A program made the translations under genes and the position numbers. Under the pieces are notes generated by a model. It was not told where the DNA came from. It saw only the letters and a list, made by a program, of their open reading frames with translations, and did no database searches. DNA of 33,167 bases. It comes from Octopus bimaculoides (lineage: Eukaryota). Positions 12,018 to 23,399 of the stretch are shown here, one piece after another; the stretch's first letter is position 1; every line of letters begins with the position of its first letter. The stretch spans positions 5,200,627 to 5,233,793 of the forward strand of contig NC_068996.1 in NCBI RefSeq assembly GCF_001194135.2, written 5' to 3'.

Positions 12018-12670
12018 AAGTTGAGCAGAGAATCTGCATCAAATTTTGCCAAAAGCTAGGCGATACTTGCTCAGAGGTTTACGCAAAGTTTTCAAAAAGT
12101 TTTCATCGTTCTCGACACAATCAAAGAGATCTTGTGCAAATGAAACCCGAGTGTCTTTTTGGTCAGCTGAAAGCAGTTTTGTCACAAACTTGGCAGACCT
12201 GTGTCTCCTACCAAAATCTTCAGTGATAATGGACTGAACTGAACTGAACTGCAACTAATCTGCACATCCTCTGATAACTCACAGATGGTGATTCGAAGAT
12301 TTTCCTCTCACAGTTGCATGCACATCTGCAATGTTTTTCTCAGTTCTGCTGGTTGCGGGTCTCCCAGAATGTTCGTCAATGTCAACATTTTTTCGGTCAT
12401 CTTTGAAACGTCTGAACCACTCGTACATTCTTACACTTTCTGCAACTTTGCGTAGGATAACTTTCTCTGTTATCGTCAATGCAACGATCACACGCTACAC
12501 ACCTTCCTTCCAAGCACTGCTGTAAACAGCGGAAGGGAGCTAGAACGTTAAATCTTAATGCGCATACACAGCAGAGTTCAAGGTCATTCTTTGCCAAGCG
12601 GCTTCACTCTGCGTGCTTTAGCTTCGTTACTATGGCAACAGTCCGGATACATATTGATCAGACCACGTGT
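12018..12670 (-). mobile_element. Truncated, rearranged mariner (Tc1/mariner) transposon with transposase pseudogene
   Basis: Minus-strand frames give YEWFRRFKDDRKNVDIDEHSGRPATS and SAKFVTKLLSADQKDTRVSFAQDLFDCVENDENFLKT, typical mariner N-terminal HTH and linker sequence, broken by frameshifts. The catalytic DD34D domain is absent. One putative terminal repeat lies at about 12640-12670 next to (TA)n. The segment 12023-12088 encodes EQRICIKFCQKLGDTCSEVYAK on the plus strand. Confidence 0.9.
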
Positions 12671-12695
12671 ATATATATATATATATATATATATA

Positions 12696-13641
12696 CTAGC
12701 TGACGTACCCGATAATTCCCAGAAAAGTAGGGCTTATCCCTTGGTTCCGTTCTTATAATTGTTCCACTAATCCAATAACAGCAGTACAAAGTATGAAGCC
12801 GTTAAAACACCTTTTGTGCATTCTGTGAGAATACCACACTGTCTTAGACAGGACCGTGCTTTTAGGAATTCCCAATAAGTTATGAATACCGAAACTGTCA
12901 AGTCAGTTATGTAATAACGTGAAATTAGTTACCCAATAGTAAGAATTCAAATAAAGTAGCCGCGAAAAGGGCTTTAATGCGGTCCCAGAATATATAGAAC
13001 TTAGGAAAAAATACTAATAAGCTATGTATACTAAAATCATAAAGCATGTTATGTAATAACAGGCTAATCACATAGATAATAAAAATTCAAAATAAATAAC
13101 TCTGAATAGGGCTTTTGTGCGTTCCCAGAGAATATTACCCTCAGAGGCGCTAGTGTTGGTATATGCGTGAATAAGTTACTAACCGAAATAAGCGGATCTA
13201 TTGTTTAGGAAAATACTATTTACTTGTTTAAGGGTTGTACTGGATAAATTGCGAAAATACTGAATAACAGTTCAAATACTAAGAAATAAGCATACCAAAT
13301 TTATACGAAAATTATACCAAATAATATAGGAAAATAAATGGGTTATTTCCTTTGGTTGTTGAAATAAAATATATTAGTCATATATAAGGATCCTTTCCAG
13401 GGGAAATGGGTTATTTCCCTTGGCTGTCAAAATGAAATATATTAGATATTTATAAGGATCCCTTCCAGAGGCCCTATTATCGATTTTTTTTTCAAGAATC
13501 TGAGTATGCTGTGAGGTTTCCAGACATGAGTTCTACTCACGTGTCAAGTTTCATCAAAAATCGATAAAACGATGTAGGAGTTAGCTAGCAATTCCACAAA
13601 CAAACACATACACAGACAGAATTTCCCACATATGTAGTAGA
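12696..13641 (-). mobile_element. Non-autonomous Helitron (946 bp)
   Basis: On the minus strand it begins A|TCTACTAC and ends GTCAGCTAG|T, the canonical TC...CTAG termini in an AT target with no TSD. It carries internal tandem duplications (13336-13400 and 13404-13468; about 140-bp period at 12906 and 13048). The subterminal hairpin is decayed. Confidence 0.7.
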
Positions 13642-13719
13642 TATATATAATTAACGTGGCTAGACGCAATTTAAAACCAAAAGGGAGATAATTCAGAGTC
13701 ATTAAAAAGTAACTGAGAG

Positions 13720-14485
13720 TGCAGGGAGCACCGGCATTGCTAGAAATAAGAGTCAGGGACTCCTTAACCACAGAAAGCACATGTCCTATTTAACTGACGG
13801 GAGAGACAACTTCCCCTCTCTCCAGTCAGTCCGAGATGCCCGCAAAGCAACGAAACCGTTTTTCCCGCACTCGTGCAATGTCCGAGAATGGCTAACTTGT
13901 GGAGTTCCGTTGAGCAGCTGGTGTGACGAGGAGAGCAGATACGGCTATCAGTGGAGTTTCTTATGAAGATCATCAACCGTCCTCATTTTGGAGAGCAGTT
14001 TTCTTCTATCTGCGTGGTGGACGAGATTGAAAGAATTATAGAAAGGCACTTTCATTGTCAACATGACCTTCAATAACTTATAAATATTTCTCTTGGGAAG
14101 GAAGGTGTGGAGAAAAGGGAGGCGCTGTTCCCCAGTAGAAATTTTGTTAAAAACTGTATAAGAATAACAAACTTAGTGTGAACAAAACATCTTTCAGCAT
14201 GCTTCTCTAAACCGAAAAATAGCAAACGAGAGAGACCACTTCCCTTTGGCTGTCAGAGCCATCCTTTAAATTGTTTCAATGGTTGGACCTAAGACAGGCA
14301 TCAATTCTGATGAAGAAATTTTGTTTATTGGAATTTTGTCACTATTTATCGTTTTTTCTAATTTGTTTTTTTTTTTTATGCGACCTGTGTAAACCTTTCA
14401 TTATGTTTTATACTTTTGTCGTTTTGTTGATGTATTTCTATTATTTCTTTGAACCCCTGTGGCCAGCAAAACCAATCATCATCAG
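13720..14485 (+). mobile_element. Third, more decayed copy of the same LINE family, including a degenerate zinc knuckle and 3' UTR
   Basis: 13828-13920 reads SPRCPQSNETVFPALVQCPRMANLWSSVEQL, a decayed CxxC...H....C motif. It is followed by VWWTRLK and by nucleotide similarity to the ends of the other two copies. Frameshifts and stops are present, and the left border is approximate. Confidence 0.65.
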
Positions 14486-14554
14486 CGTCATCAATAAAAT
14501 CAATCCCCGCTTTCTCTTTCTCCACCCCTTCTCACTCCGACTTCCCAATCATCA

Positions 14555-14610
14555 TTATCATCATCAGCAGCAGCAGCAGCAGCAGTTATAGTGCTAGTGA
14601 TGGAGGTGGC

Positions 14611-14660
<50 letters not shown>

Positions 14661-14690
14661 CAGCAGCAGCTGCAGCAGCAGCAGCAGTAA

Positions 14691-14740
<50 letters not shown>

Positions 14741-14876
14741 TGAGAAAAAGGAAGACGAGTCTTGTATTGAGGTAAATAGCATAAAACATTGGTTTAATAT
14801 AATCTCAGCCAGACAAGAGCAGCAACAACAACAACAACAACCACAATAACAGCAATAATAAAAAGTGAAACACACA

Positions 14877-14922
<46 letters not shown>

Positions 14923-15625
14923 ACAGACACCAAAAACAAACTAAGCAAACACGTAAAAAAAAGAAGAAAAAAATATATCACAAAGGACATATTGAAAAAA
15001 CAACCAGAAAAGAGCCACAATATCATCAAGAACAACAATAACAGCCAACAAAGAAAACAAAAGCGAATCCATATCTTTTCACACACAAAAAAAAGCTACT
15101 TAATGAATAAAGGCCCGACAAATCAATACAATAACAACGGACCATATATAGATGTTGTTGTTGTTGTTGTTGTTGTATTTGCAGTTGTCCTTCCTTGGTG
15201 CAACTGTACTTGTTAGGTTTATTGTTGTACTTGTTGTTGTTGTCGTGGTCGTCGTCCATGTTGTTACCGTTACAGTTTACAGTTGTTATTATTACAGTTG
15301 TTGTTTTCTTTTCTCATTGTTTCTGTTGCAGTTGTTGTTGTTGTTGCAGTTGCTTTTCGTTCTCATTGTTGTTGTTGCAGGATTCTATTTGGTTTGTTTT
15401 TGCTCTTTTGTTGCTGCTTTGTTTTGCTTTTGTGTCATCGTTCTTACTATTCTGTTATCATCGCCATTGGTGTTGTTGTTTCCATTCTTTGTTTTTGCTT
15501 TCACCTCTTTCTGTTACTTCTGCTGTTGATGCAACAGTTGTTTCACGGTTTGTGTCATCTTTGTTGATGTTGTTATTCTTGACGACGTTGCTGCCGTTGT
15601 TATGTTGCTATTGCTGTTGTTGTTT
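14555..15625. repeat. Low-complexity block: (AGC)/(AGT), (CA), AAC-rich, then TTG-rich
   Basis: Direct reading. It explains the poly-Ser, poly-Leu and poly-Cys ORFs in the track. Confidence 0.9.
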
Positions 15626-15700
15626 TGTTCCATATCAACTTATATCCAGTAGACCTATGACCAAAATTGTTCAAATCACGCCTACCGTCGCTTTATTTCC

Positions 15701-15739
<39 letters not shown>

Positions 15740-16133
15740 NNNNNNNNNNNNNNNNNNNNNNNNNNNNNNNNNNNNNNNNNNNNNNNNNNNNNNNNNNNNN
15801 NNNNNNNNNNNNNNNNNNNNNNNNNNNNNNNNNNNNNNNNNNNNNNNNNNNNNNNNNNNNNNNNNNNNNNNNNNNNNNNNNNNNNNNNNNNNNNNNNNNN
15901 NNNNNNNNNNNNNNNNNNNNNNNNNNNNNNNNNNNNNNNNNNNNNNNNNNNNNNNNNNNNNNNNNNNNNNNNNNNNNNNNNNNNNNNNNNNNNNNNNNNN
16001 NNNNNNNNNNNNNNNNNNNNNNNNNNNNNNNNNNNNNNNNNNNNNNNNNNNNNNNNNNNNNNNNNNNNNNNNNNNNNNNNNNNNNNNNNNNNNNNNNNNN
16101 NNNNNNNNNNNNNNNNNNNNNNNNNNNNNNNNN

Positions 16134-16170
<37 letters not shown>

Positions 16171-16171
<1 letters not shown>

Positions 16172-16452
16172 GAGTGAGTGGAGAAACGAAAGAAACGCAC
16201 ACATTTATTGGGAGTTACATGTATGGATCAAAGCAGTTTGATTCAAATTCCGTGGTACTTAAAGTTTCAAAGCACAAGACGATGCATATCGTCGAGCACT
16301 GAAAATTTGAATAAGAAAACAGTTGGAGAAAGTCACCGACATTCCCCAAATTAATATAGCGCAGAATTTCGGAATTTGAATCAAACTGTTTTGATCCATA
16401 CATGTAACTCCAATAAATGCGTTGAGTGCCCTTCTTTCGTTTGTCCACTCAC
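16171..16452. mobile_element. MITE with about 80-bp terminal inverted repeats
   Basis: 16174-16252 closely matches the reverse complement of 16370-16452 (e.g. GAGTTACATGTATGGATCAAA.CAGTTTGATTCAAATTCCG). The left end TA|CGAG abuts (TA)n. Confidence 0.8.
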
Positions 16453-16483
<31 letters not shown>

Positions 16484-17464
16484 TCTCTNNNNNNNNNNNN
16501 NNNNNNNNNNNNNNNNNNNNNNNNNNNNNNNNNNNNNNNNNNNNNNNNNNNNNNNNNNNNNNNNNNNNNNNNNNNNNNNNNNNNNNNNNNNNNNNNNNNN
16601 NNNNNNNNNNNNNNNNNNNNNNNNNNNNNNNNNNNNNNNNNNNNNNNNNNNNNNNNNNNNNNNNNNNNNNNNNNNNNNNNNNNNNNNNNNNNNNNNNNNN
16701 NNNNNNNNNNNNNNNNNNNNNNNNNNNNNNNNNNNNNNNNNNNNNNNNNNNNNNNNNNNNNNNNNNNNNNNNNNNNNNNNNNNNNNNNNNNNNNNNNNNN
16801 NNNNNNNNNNNNNNNNNNNNNNNNNNNNNNNNNNNNNNNNNNNNNNNNNNNNNNNNNNNNNNNNNNNNNNNNNNNNNNNNNNNNNNNNNNNNNNNNNNNN
16901 NNNNNNNNNNNNNNNNNNNNNNNNNNNNNNNNNNNNNNNNNNNNNNNNNNNNNNNNNNNNNNNNNNNNNNNNNNNNNNNNNNNNNNNNNNNNNNNNNNNN
17001 NNNNNNNNNNNNNNNNNNNNNNNNNNNNNNNNNNNNNNNNNNNNNNNNNNNNNNNNNNNNNNNNNNNNNNNNNNNNNNNNNNNNNNNNNNNNNNNNNNNN
17101 NNNNNNNNNNNNNNNNNNNNNNNNNNNNNNNNNNNNNNNNNNNNNNNNNNNNNNNNNNNNNNNNNNNNNNTATATATACATATATACGTCTTGCATAGTG
17201 TACCTTAAACTATACTATTAAAGGTATCCCTACAAAAATATCATGTAGTATTAAATAGACCTTTACGTGATGAGTCTAAATTTCACAAAACTTCAGCTTA
17301 GAAACGGTAAACAAATGTACCAGTGATTGTACTGTCATAAATACAATGAGCCTTTACCTACTTCATACCCAACTAATTCGAAGACTTGTCACAGATAGAA
17401 ATCGCCATTTGTGATTATTTTAAATGATAAGGTACAATTTTAGGAAAATCACTGCACTTTTACT

Positions 17465-17532
17465 TCTAATGACTCTAATGACTCTAATGACTCTAATGAT
17501 GCTAATGACTAATGACTAATGACTAATGACTC
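17465..17532. repeat. TAATGACTC / TAATGAC tandem repeat
   Basis: Three to four 9-mers followed by three to four 7-mers. Confidence 0.9.
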
Positions 17533-18184
17533 GAACGATAAAGATGATGGATTAGCCCGTTGATATGTTGTTCGTATGGTTATTTACACCAAAGTCAATT
17601 TGATTGAAGATATTCCATTCCTGGTAATCGTATCTTCTTTTCATCCTTAATACTTCTCGGACTGCATTGCCCAATATCTTCTTTAAAAATAAATAACTAA
17701 ATAAATAGTAATAATAAAATAACATCGCTACTTTTAATTTGAGGAAAATTAGGCTACTACTTCTAGCAGGTCCACCGACCAGCTAAAGGGTTTACCTCGT
17801 TGACTTGTTGGCATAAATAAATGGTTAAGTTAATAACTACACTGTCCTTTCTTTCTTTTTCTTTTTTCCTTTCTTGCTTTCTTTACGGGATTAATTACTT
17901 CAACATTTACCAAACAGAGCAAAGAAAGAGAGAGAGAGAGAAAGAAAGAAAGGGGGAGGGAGAGAGAGAGAGAGAGAGAGAGAGTAGGCGAGACAAAGAC
18001 AGGGAGAAGAAATGGATCATAAGATCGGCAACGGTCTATAATATCATATCACATTGTTTATCTCACTCAACATACCTGGATTTGATTGTTTTACAATTAA
18101 TTGTCGGCAACGCCGCGTTTGTCTTTCAATCAATCGCTCGGTCCTCCTCCACTCCTTCACTCGCAATTAACTTTTATATCGCAC

Positions 18185-18505
18185 TACCTACTTACCTATC
18201 CTATTCACCTACCTACCTGCCTGCCTGCCCGCCTACCTACCTACCTACCCACCCACCTACCCACCTACCTACTTATCTGCCTGTCTACCTGCTTACCTAC
18301 CTTATCTTACCTTACTACTTACCGTCGCAACTGTCACAACAGCCATCACCATCACCATTATCTTCAGGATCACTGTCATTATAATCATAGGTCTTTCATC
18401 ATCATCATCATCATCGTCATCATCATCATCGTAATCATCAACATCACTATTATCATTATCAGTATCATCATCATCATAGTCAGCATCATCAACATCATCA
18501 TCATC

Positions 18506-18537
<32 letters not shown>

Positions 18538-19311
18538 CATCAACACCGCCAATACCGCCACCCCCCTCACATCACAATCACCATCACCACCATTATCATT
18601 AGGGAGACTATCATCATCGGCAGAAGCACTATTGTCCATCACCACCACCACCACCACTACCACCAACTCCGCTACTAGCTCCATCATCAGTACCATCACT
18701 ATCATAATCAACGTCGTCGTCATCGTCATCATCATCATCATCATGATCACCACTACCACCACCAACACCACCACAACCACCACTACTACCATCACCACAA
18801 TCACCGCCACCACCACTACCACCGCAACTACCGTCACCACTATCACAATTACCACCACAAATACCACATTAGGCCACTGACGTCACCACCATGTCTACCA
18901 CTGTCACTACCAAGACAAGCACATCCTTACCACCACCACTACCACCACCACCACAACCACCACAACCACCACCACAACCACTACCACAACCACCAACACC
19001 AACAGCATCAACACCATCACTGTTAACATCACAACTGTCACTATCATCATCAATAATAAGAGTATCACCTCCACTACATACTACTACCACTGCTACCACG
19101 CAACATCACCATCATCATCATCATCACTACCTATACCACAACCACCACCACTACCACCACCACTACCACTACAACCGTCACCACCCACACAAAATAGAAC
19201 TACCGCCATTATCGTCACTACCACCATCACCAGTACCAATCACCTCTTTCCACTACAACCACCGACGTCACACACAATACTACCATCACCAATACCATCA
19301 CCTCCACTACT

Positions 19312-19343
<32 letters not shown>

Positions 19344-19350
19344 CAAGAAT
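18185..19350. repeat. Decayed (CCTA)n, (CAT)n, (CAC)n and (CAA)n low-complexity tract
   Basis: Direct reading. Confidence 0.9.
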
Positions 19351-20094
19351 AACAACTGCACCAACGCAGCCACCATCTCGACCATCACATGCTATTAATC
19401 TGAGTCACAAACACACAGCAACAACAAAGTAAGACAGGACACCTAAAACCCTCGCTGTAGACAATGATACTGGCCGCCATCATTCGGCAAGACTTGGAGT
19501 GATACTTCCGGGGTGGATCAACGCAATCAAGATGGCGCTATCGCCACCGCCATCGCCAGTGTCACCACTGCACTCAAATATCAACAATAATAACAACAAA
19601 GAGCAACACCTCGAATAAAGGAGTCGGCGAAGGAAGGAAGAGGGGGAGAGAGGGAGAGAGAGGGAGAGAGAGGGAGAGAGGGGGAGAGAGAAAGAGAGAG
19701 AGAGAGAGGGGGAGAGATTAAGCGAAAATAAAGAATAGGGAGGGGATAGATTTATCTCTAAAGGTTAACAACAGCCATAACAAGCGATAATGTTGCTAAT
19801 GACAACAACGAAGACGATGATTATGTTTATGATGATNNNNNNNNNNNNNNNNNNNNNNNNNNNNNNNNNNNNNNNNNNNNNNNNNNNNNNNNNNNNNNNN
19901 NNNNNNNNNNNNNNNNNNNNNNNNNNNNNNNNNNNNNNNNNNNNNNNNNNNNNNNNNNNNNNNNNNNNNNNNNNNNNNNNNNNNNNNNNNNNNNNNNNNN
20001 NNNNNNNNNNNNNNNNNNNNNNNNNNNNNNNNNNNNNNNNNNGGCGGCGGCGCTGGCAGTGGTAATGACGGTGGAATCGGTTATGGCGGAGGTG

Positions 20095-20707
<613 letters not shown>

Positions 20708-20790
20708 AATACTTTTATAGGGTGTGTGGTATACACATAAACTCGATACTTACAAGTGTAACTCTCTTTTAATGTGACGCTCTATTATGT

Positions 20791-20848
20791 GGAGGCGCGT
20801 GGCTTAGTGGTTTTGGTGTTGGATTCATAATCGTAAGCTTGTGGTTTT
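20791..20848 (+). mobile_element. tRNA-derived SINE head (truncated)
   Basis: Pol III A-box TGGCTTAGTGG; similar to the reverse complement of 21600-21661. Confidence 0.55.
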
Positions 20849-21399
20849 TTACATCTTTGTTAGACAACGTGTATGAAAGACTACTTCCCTCAAAGAACAC
20901 AACTGTTATGAAAGTCGTTCCAGTTTCGATTTGACCATTCCAGATAACGTTTGTTTTAAGAATAAAACATGGTACTCAGCTTCCGCGTCCGCTAGATAGA
21001 TTATGTCTTTGTCTTAGTTGAACATATTGTGCAGTCCACTTAGTACTGGTCTTTTGCCGGTTCATCACCATACTGCAAAGAAGCAATATTGTATTATTTC
21101 TACTGTCCATATTCTTCAAGTTGTTCTTATCGTGTTTTCTGGTTGATTGATAGAACTATAATGTAAAACATTTGGGAGAAAAATAGGCAATGTCGTTTAA
21201 CTGTAATTGAACCCTTACTTAACGGGTTCAATTATGCTCTCTCACCATAATTGTGTTTTTACATATGAGAAACCTACTCCATAACCGCCACTGGCAACAA
21301 ATTACGCCATGGTAACATGTACCATGCTTTCGGTTATTGTTTAAGATTATACAAACTCCCACGTCTTCTCAAGATTCCACCAAAATACCTATAATGCTG

Positions 21400-21451
<52 letters not shown>

Positions 21452-21489
21452 GACAGAGACAGACAGACAGACAGAGAGAGGCAGGAGAG

Positions 21490-21661
21490 GACTACACAAG
21501 TACTCAGCTTGGTACTGATTTAAGGAAGATTAAAGCGGATTAAAGCAACATAAAATGAAGTGTCTTGTTCAGTTACACAATGTGCCTCTTTGCTCCAGAA
21601 ATCGAACCCGCAATCTTGCGATTGTCAGTCTAACGTCGTAACCACTAGGCCTCGTGCCTTC
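21490..21661 (-). mobile_element. tRNA-derived SINE, 5' part
   Basis: Minus strand reads GAAGGCACGAGGCCTAGTGGTT (A-box-like), GGGTTCGATTTC (B-box-like), then TTGTGTAACTGAACAAGACACTT. Confidence 0.65.
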
Positions 21662-21763
21662 AGTATGTTGTTCATGAACCTCGTTCAAAACGGTAACATG
21701 TTATTTGAAATACCTCTATATCCAGAATAATTTATCCCTGGTATCCTGTTTTAATTAAAGAGA

Positions 21764-21936
21764 GTGATTTGAGGATGATCTTGCTGCTTTTATGATTTGA
21801 CTTTAGATTAAATCTGACTGAGTAGACTTATAATCACAAGATTATGAGACAAAACATTTTTGGAACCACCTCATCGAGTACTCCATTAAGAACTCCGTAT
21901 GTGATTTAATAAAGGTCTGGCTGCTATTTCTAGTAG
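21764..21936 (+). repeat. Short recurrent motif, probably the remnant of another dispersed repeat
   Basis: GTGATTT...TCT.GCTGCT.TTT occurs at 21764-21792 and 21901-21936, and a related GAGGAAAATTAGGCTACTACTTCTAGCAGG occurs at 17741-17770. Confidence 0.35.
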
Positions 21937-22091
21937 ATGTTATCCACATGTACAGCTCCATCGTTAGTTCATGACTTCATATAGCTTGACGATCGTCCAC
22001 TTGATTCTGATAATCCAGGCTCAGTCAAAGCGAGCAATTCCTGTTCTTTTATATTCACTATATGGAAGCTACAATTAATTCGTTGGATCTA

Positions 22092-22317
22092 TGCGGCGAG
22101 ATGGTAGAATCGTTAAATCGTCGGAAAATGCTTTATAACATTTAATTTTTATTTACTGCAAACGATCTGAGTTCAAATCCCGCTAAGGTAACTCTTTCCT
22201 TTCATTCTTTCGGTGTTAATAGAGTTAGGTATTTGTCTAGCACTGACTTGGATGGAATCGGCTAACGCACCTTTCCTAAAATTACCTGGCCTTATATCTA
22301 AATCATAAACCATTATT
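22092..22317 (+). mobile_element. Diverged full-length SINE (family of 22883-23094)
   Basis: GCGGCGAGATGGTAGAATCGTTA...CTGAGTTCAAATCCCGC...CCTTTCATTCTTTCGG aligns to the reverse complement of 22883-23094. Confidence 0.7.
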
Positions 22318-22545
22318 CGGTTTTCTGACGTGATAGAAATAATGCCCCCAAAGCATTCGCAAATTCTCATACTACTACTTTCAAATGCCTCGAACACCGC
22401 TTATTCATGTGTTGTGTGGATTTATAATTTGTGTATTTGCGTTGCGCTCTATGATACTACGCGTGCTCATTTCCGTTATTATCTAGGTACTTTATTGTCT
22501 AGATACCTTTTAGGTGCGTTATTGTTTAGTATACGCATGCGTATA

Positions 22546-22853
22546 TGGAGGCTTGGAGCAGCAGACTCGTGTCGGAGGATCGCGGTTTCGATTCCCAGAC
22601 CGGGCATTGTGTGTGTTTATTGAGCGAAAACACATAAAGCTCCACGAGGCTCCGGCAGGGGGTGATGGCAAGCCCTGTTGTACTCTTTCACCCCAACTTT
22701 CTCTCACTCTTTATTCCTGTTTCTTGAGTAAAAAAAACTGCAATGGACTGGCGTCCCGTCCAGGTAGGGGGAACACATAAGCCATAAAAACCAGGAAACC
22801 GGGCCCATGAGTCTGGCTAGGCTTGAAAAGGGCGCATAAAAAAATTAAAAATA
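22546..22853 (+). mobile_element. tRNA-derived SINE with V-domain-like core and 16-bp TSD
   Basis: B-box-like GGTTTCGATTCCC, motif GCAATGGACTGGCGTCCCGTCCAGG at 22740-22764 and an A-rich tail. Flanked by TATACGCATGCGTATA (22530-22545) and TATACGAATGCGTATA (22854-22869). Confidence 0.8.
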
Positions 22854-22882
22854 TATACGAATGCGTATACTTGTAAGAATAT

Positions 22883-23094
22883 CCTTTTCTACTCTAGGCA
22901 CAAGGCCCGAAATTTTTGGGGAAGAGCCAGTCGTTTAGACCGAAACCAGTACGCAACTGGTACTTAATTTATCGACCCCGAAAAATGCAAGGCAAAATCG
23001 ACCTCGGCGGAATTTGAACTCAGAACATAAAGACAGACGAAATACTGTTAAGCATTTCGCCCGGCGTGCTAACGATTCTGCCAGCTCACCGCCT
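22883..23094 (-). mobile_element. Full-length tRNA-derived SINE with perfect 15-bp TSD
   Basis: Minus strand reads AGGCGGTGAGCTGGCAGAATCGTTAG (A-box region) and GAGTTCAAATTCC (B-box). TACTTGTAAGAATAT is present at both 22868-22882 and 23095-23109. Related fragments occur at 6075, 11700 and 22092. Confidence 0.9.
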
Positions 23095-23255
23095 TACTTG
23101 TAAGAATATTGGAGTAAGTGCATTCAGTTTGGCAAATAAAACAATGTAAGGGCAAAGGGAATTAGATATCTGAATAATACATGTCTGTGTATGATATTTG
23201 TTTGTGTGTGTGTGGGGGTGGTGTTTAGAGAGAGAGAGAGGTAGATGGTAGATAA

Positions 23256-23301
<46 letters not shown>

Positions 23302-23345
23302 GATAGATATGCATATATATATACACGCATACCTGTGTATATAAT

Positions 23346-23399
<54 letters not shown>

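Noticed and set aside
14449-15567. Poly-Ser, poly-Leu and poly-Cys ORFs
   Set aside because: Trinucleotide microsatellite artefacts.
18101-19352. Long ORFs rich in Ile, Thr, His and Pro (mucin-like or His-rich)
   Set aside because: They are direct translations of (CAT)n, (CAC)n and (CCA)n tracts, open in several frames, with no splice or domain support.
20791-23094. tRNA gene calls for the A-box/B-box sequences
   Set aside because: No cloverleaf could be formed. The boxes are followed by SINE bodies, tails and TSDs.
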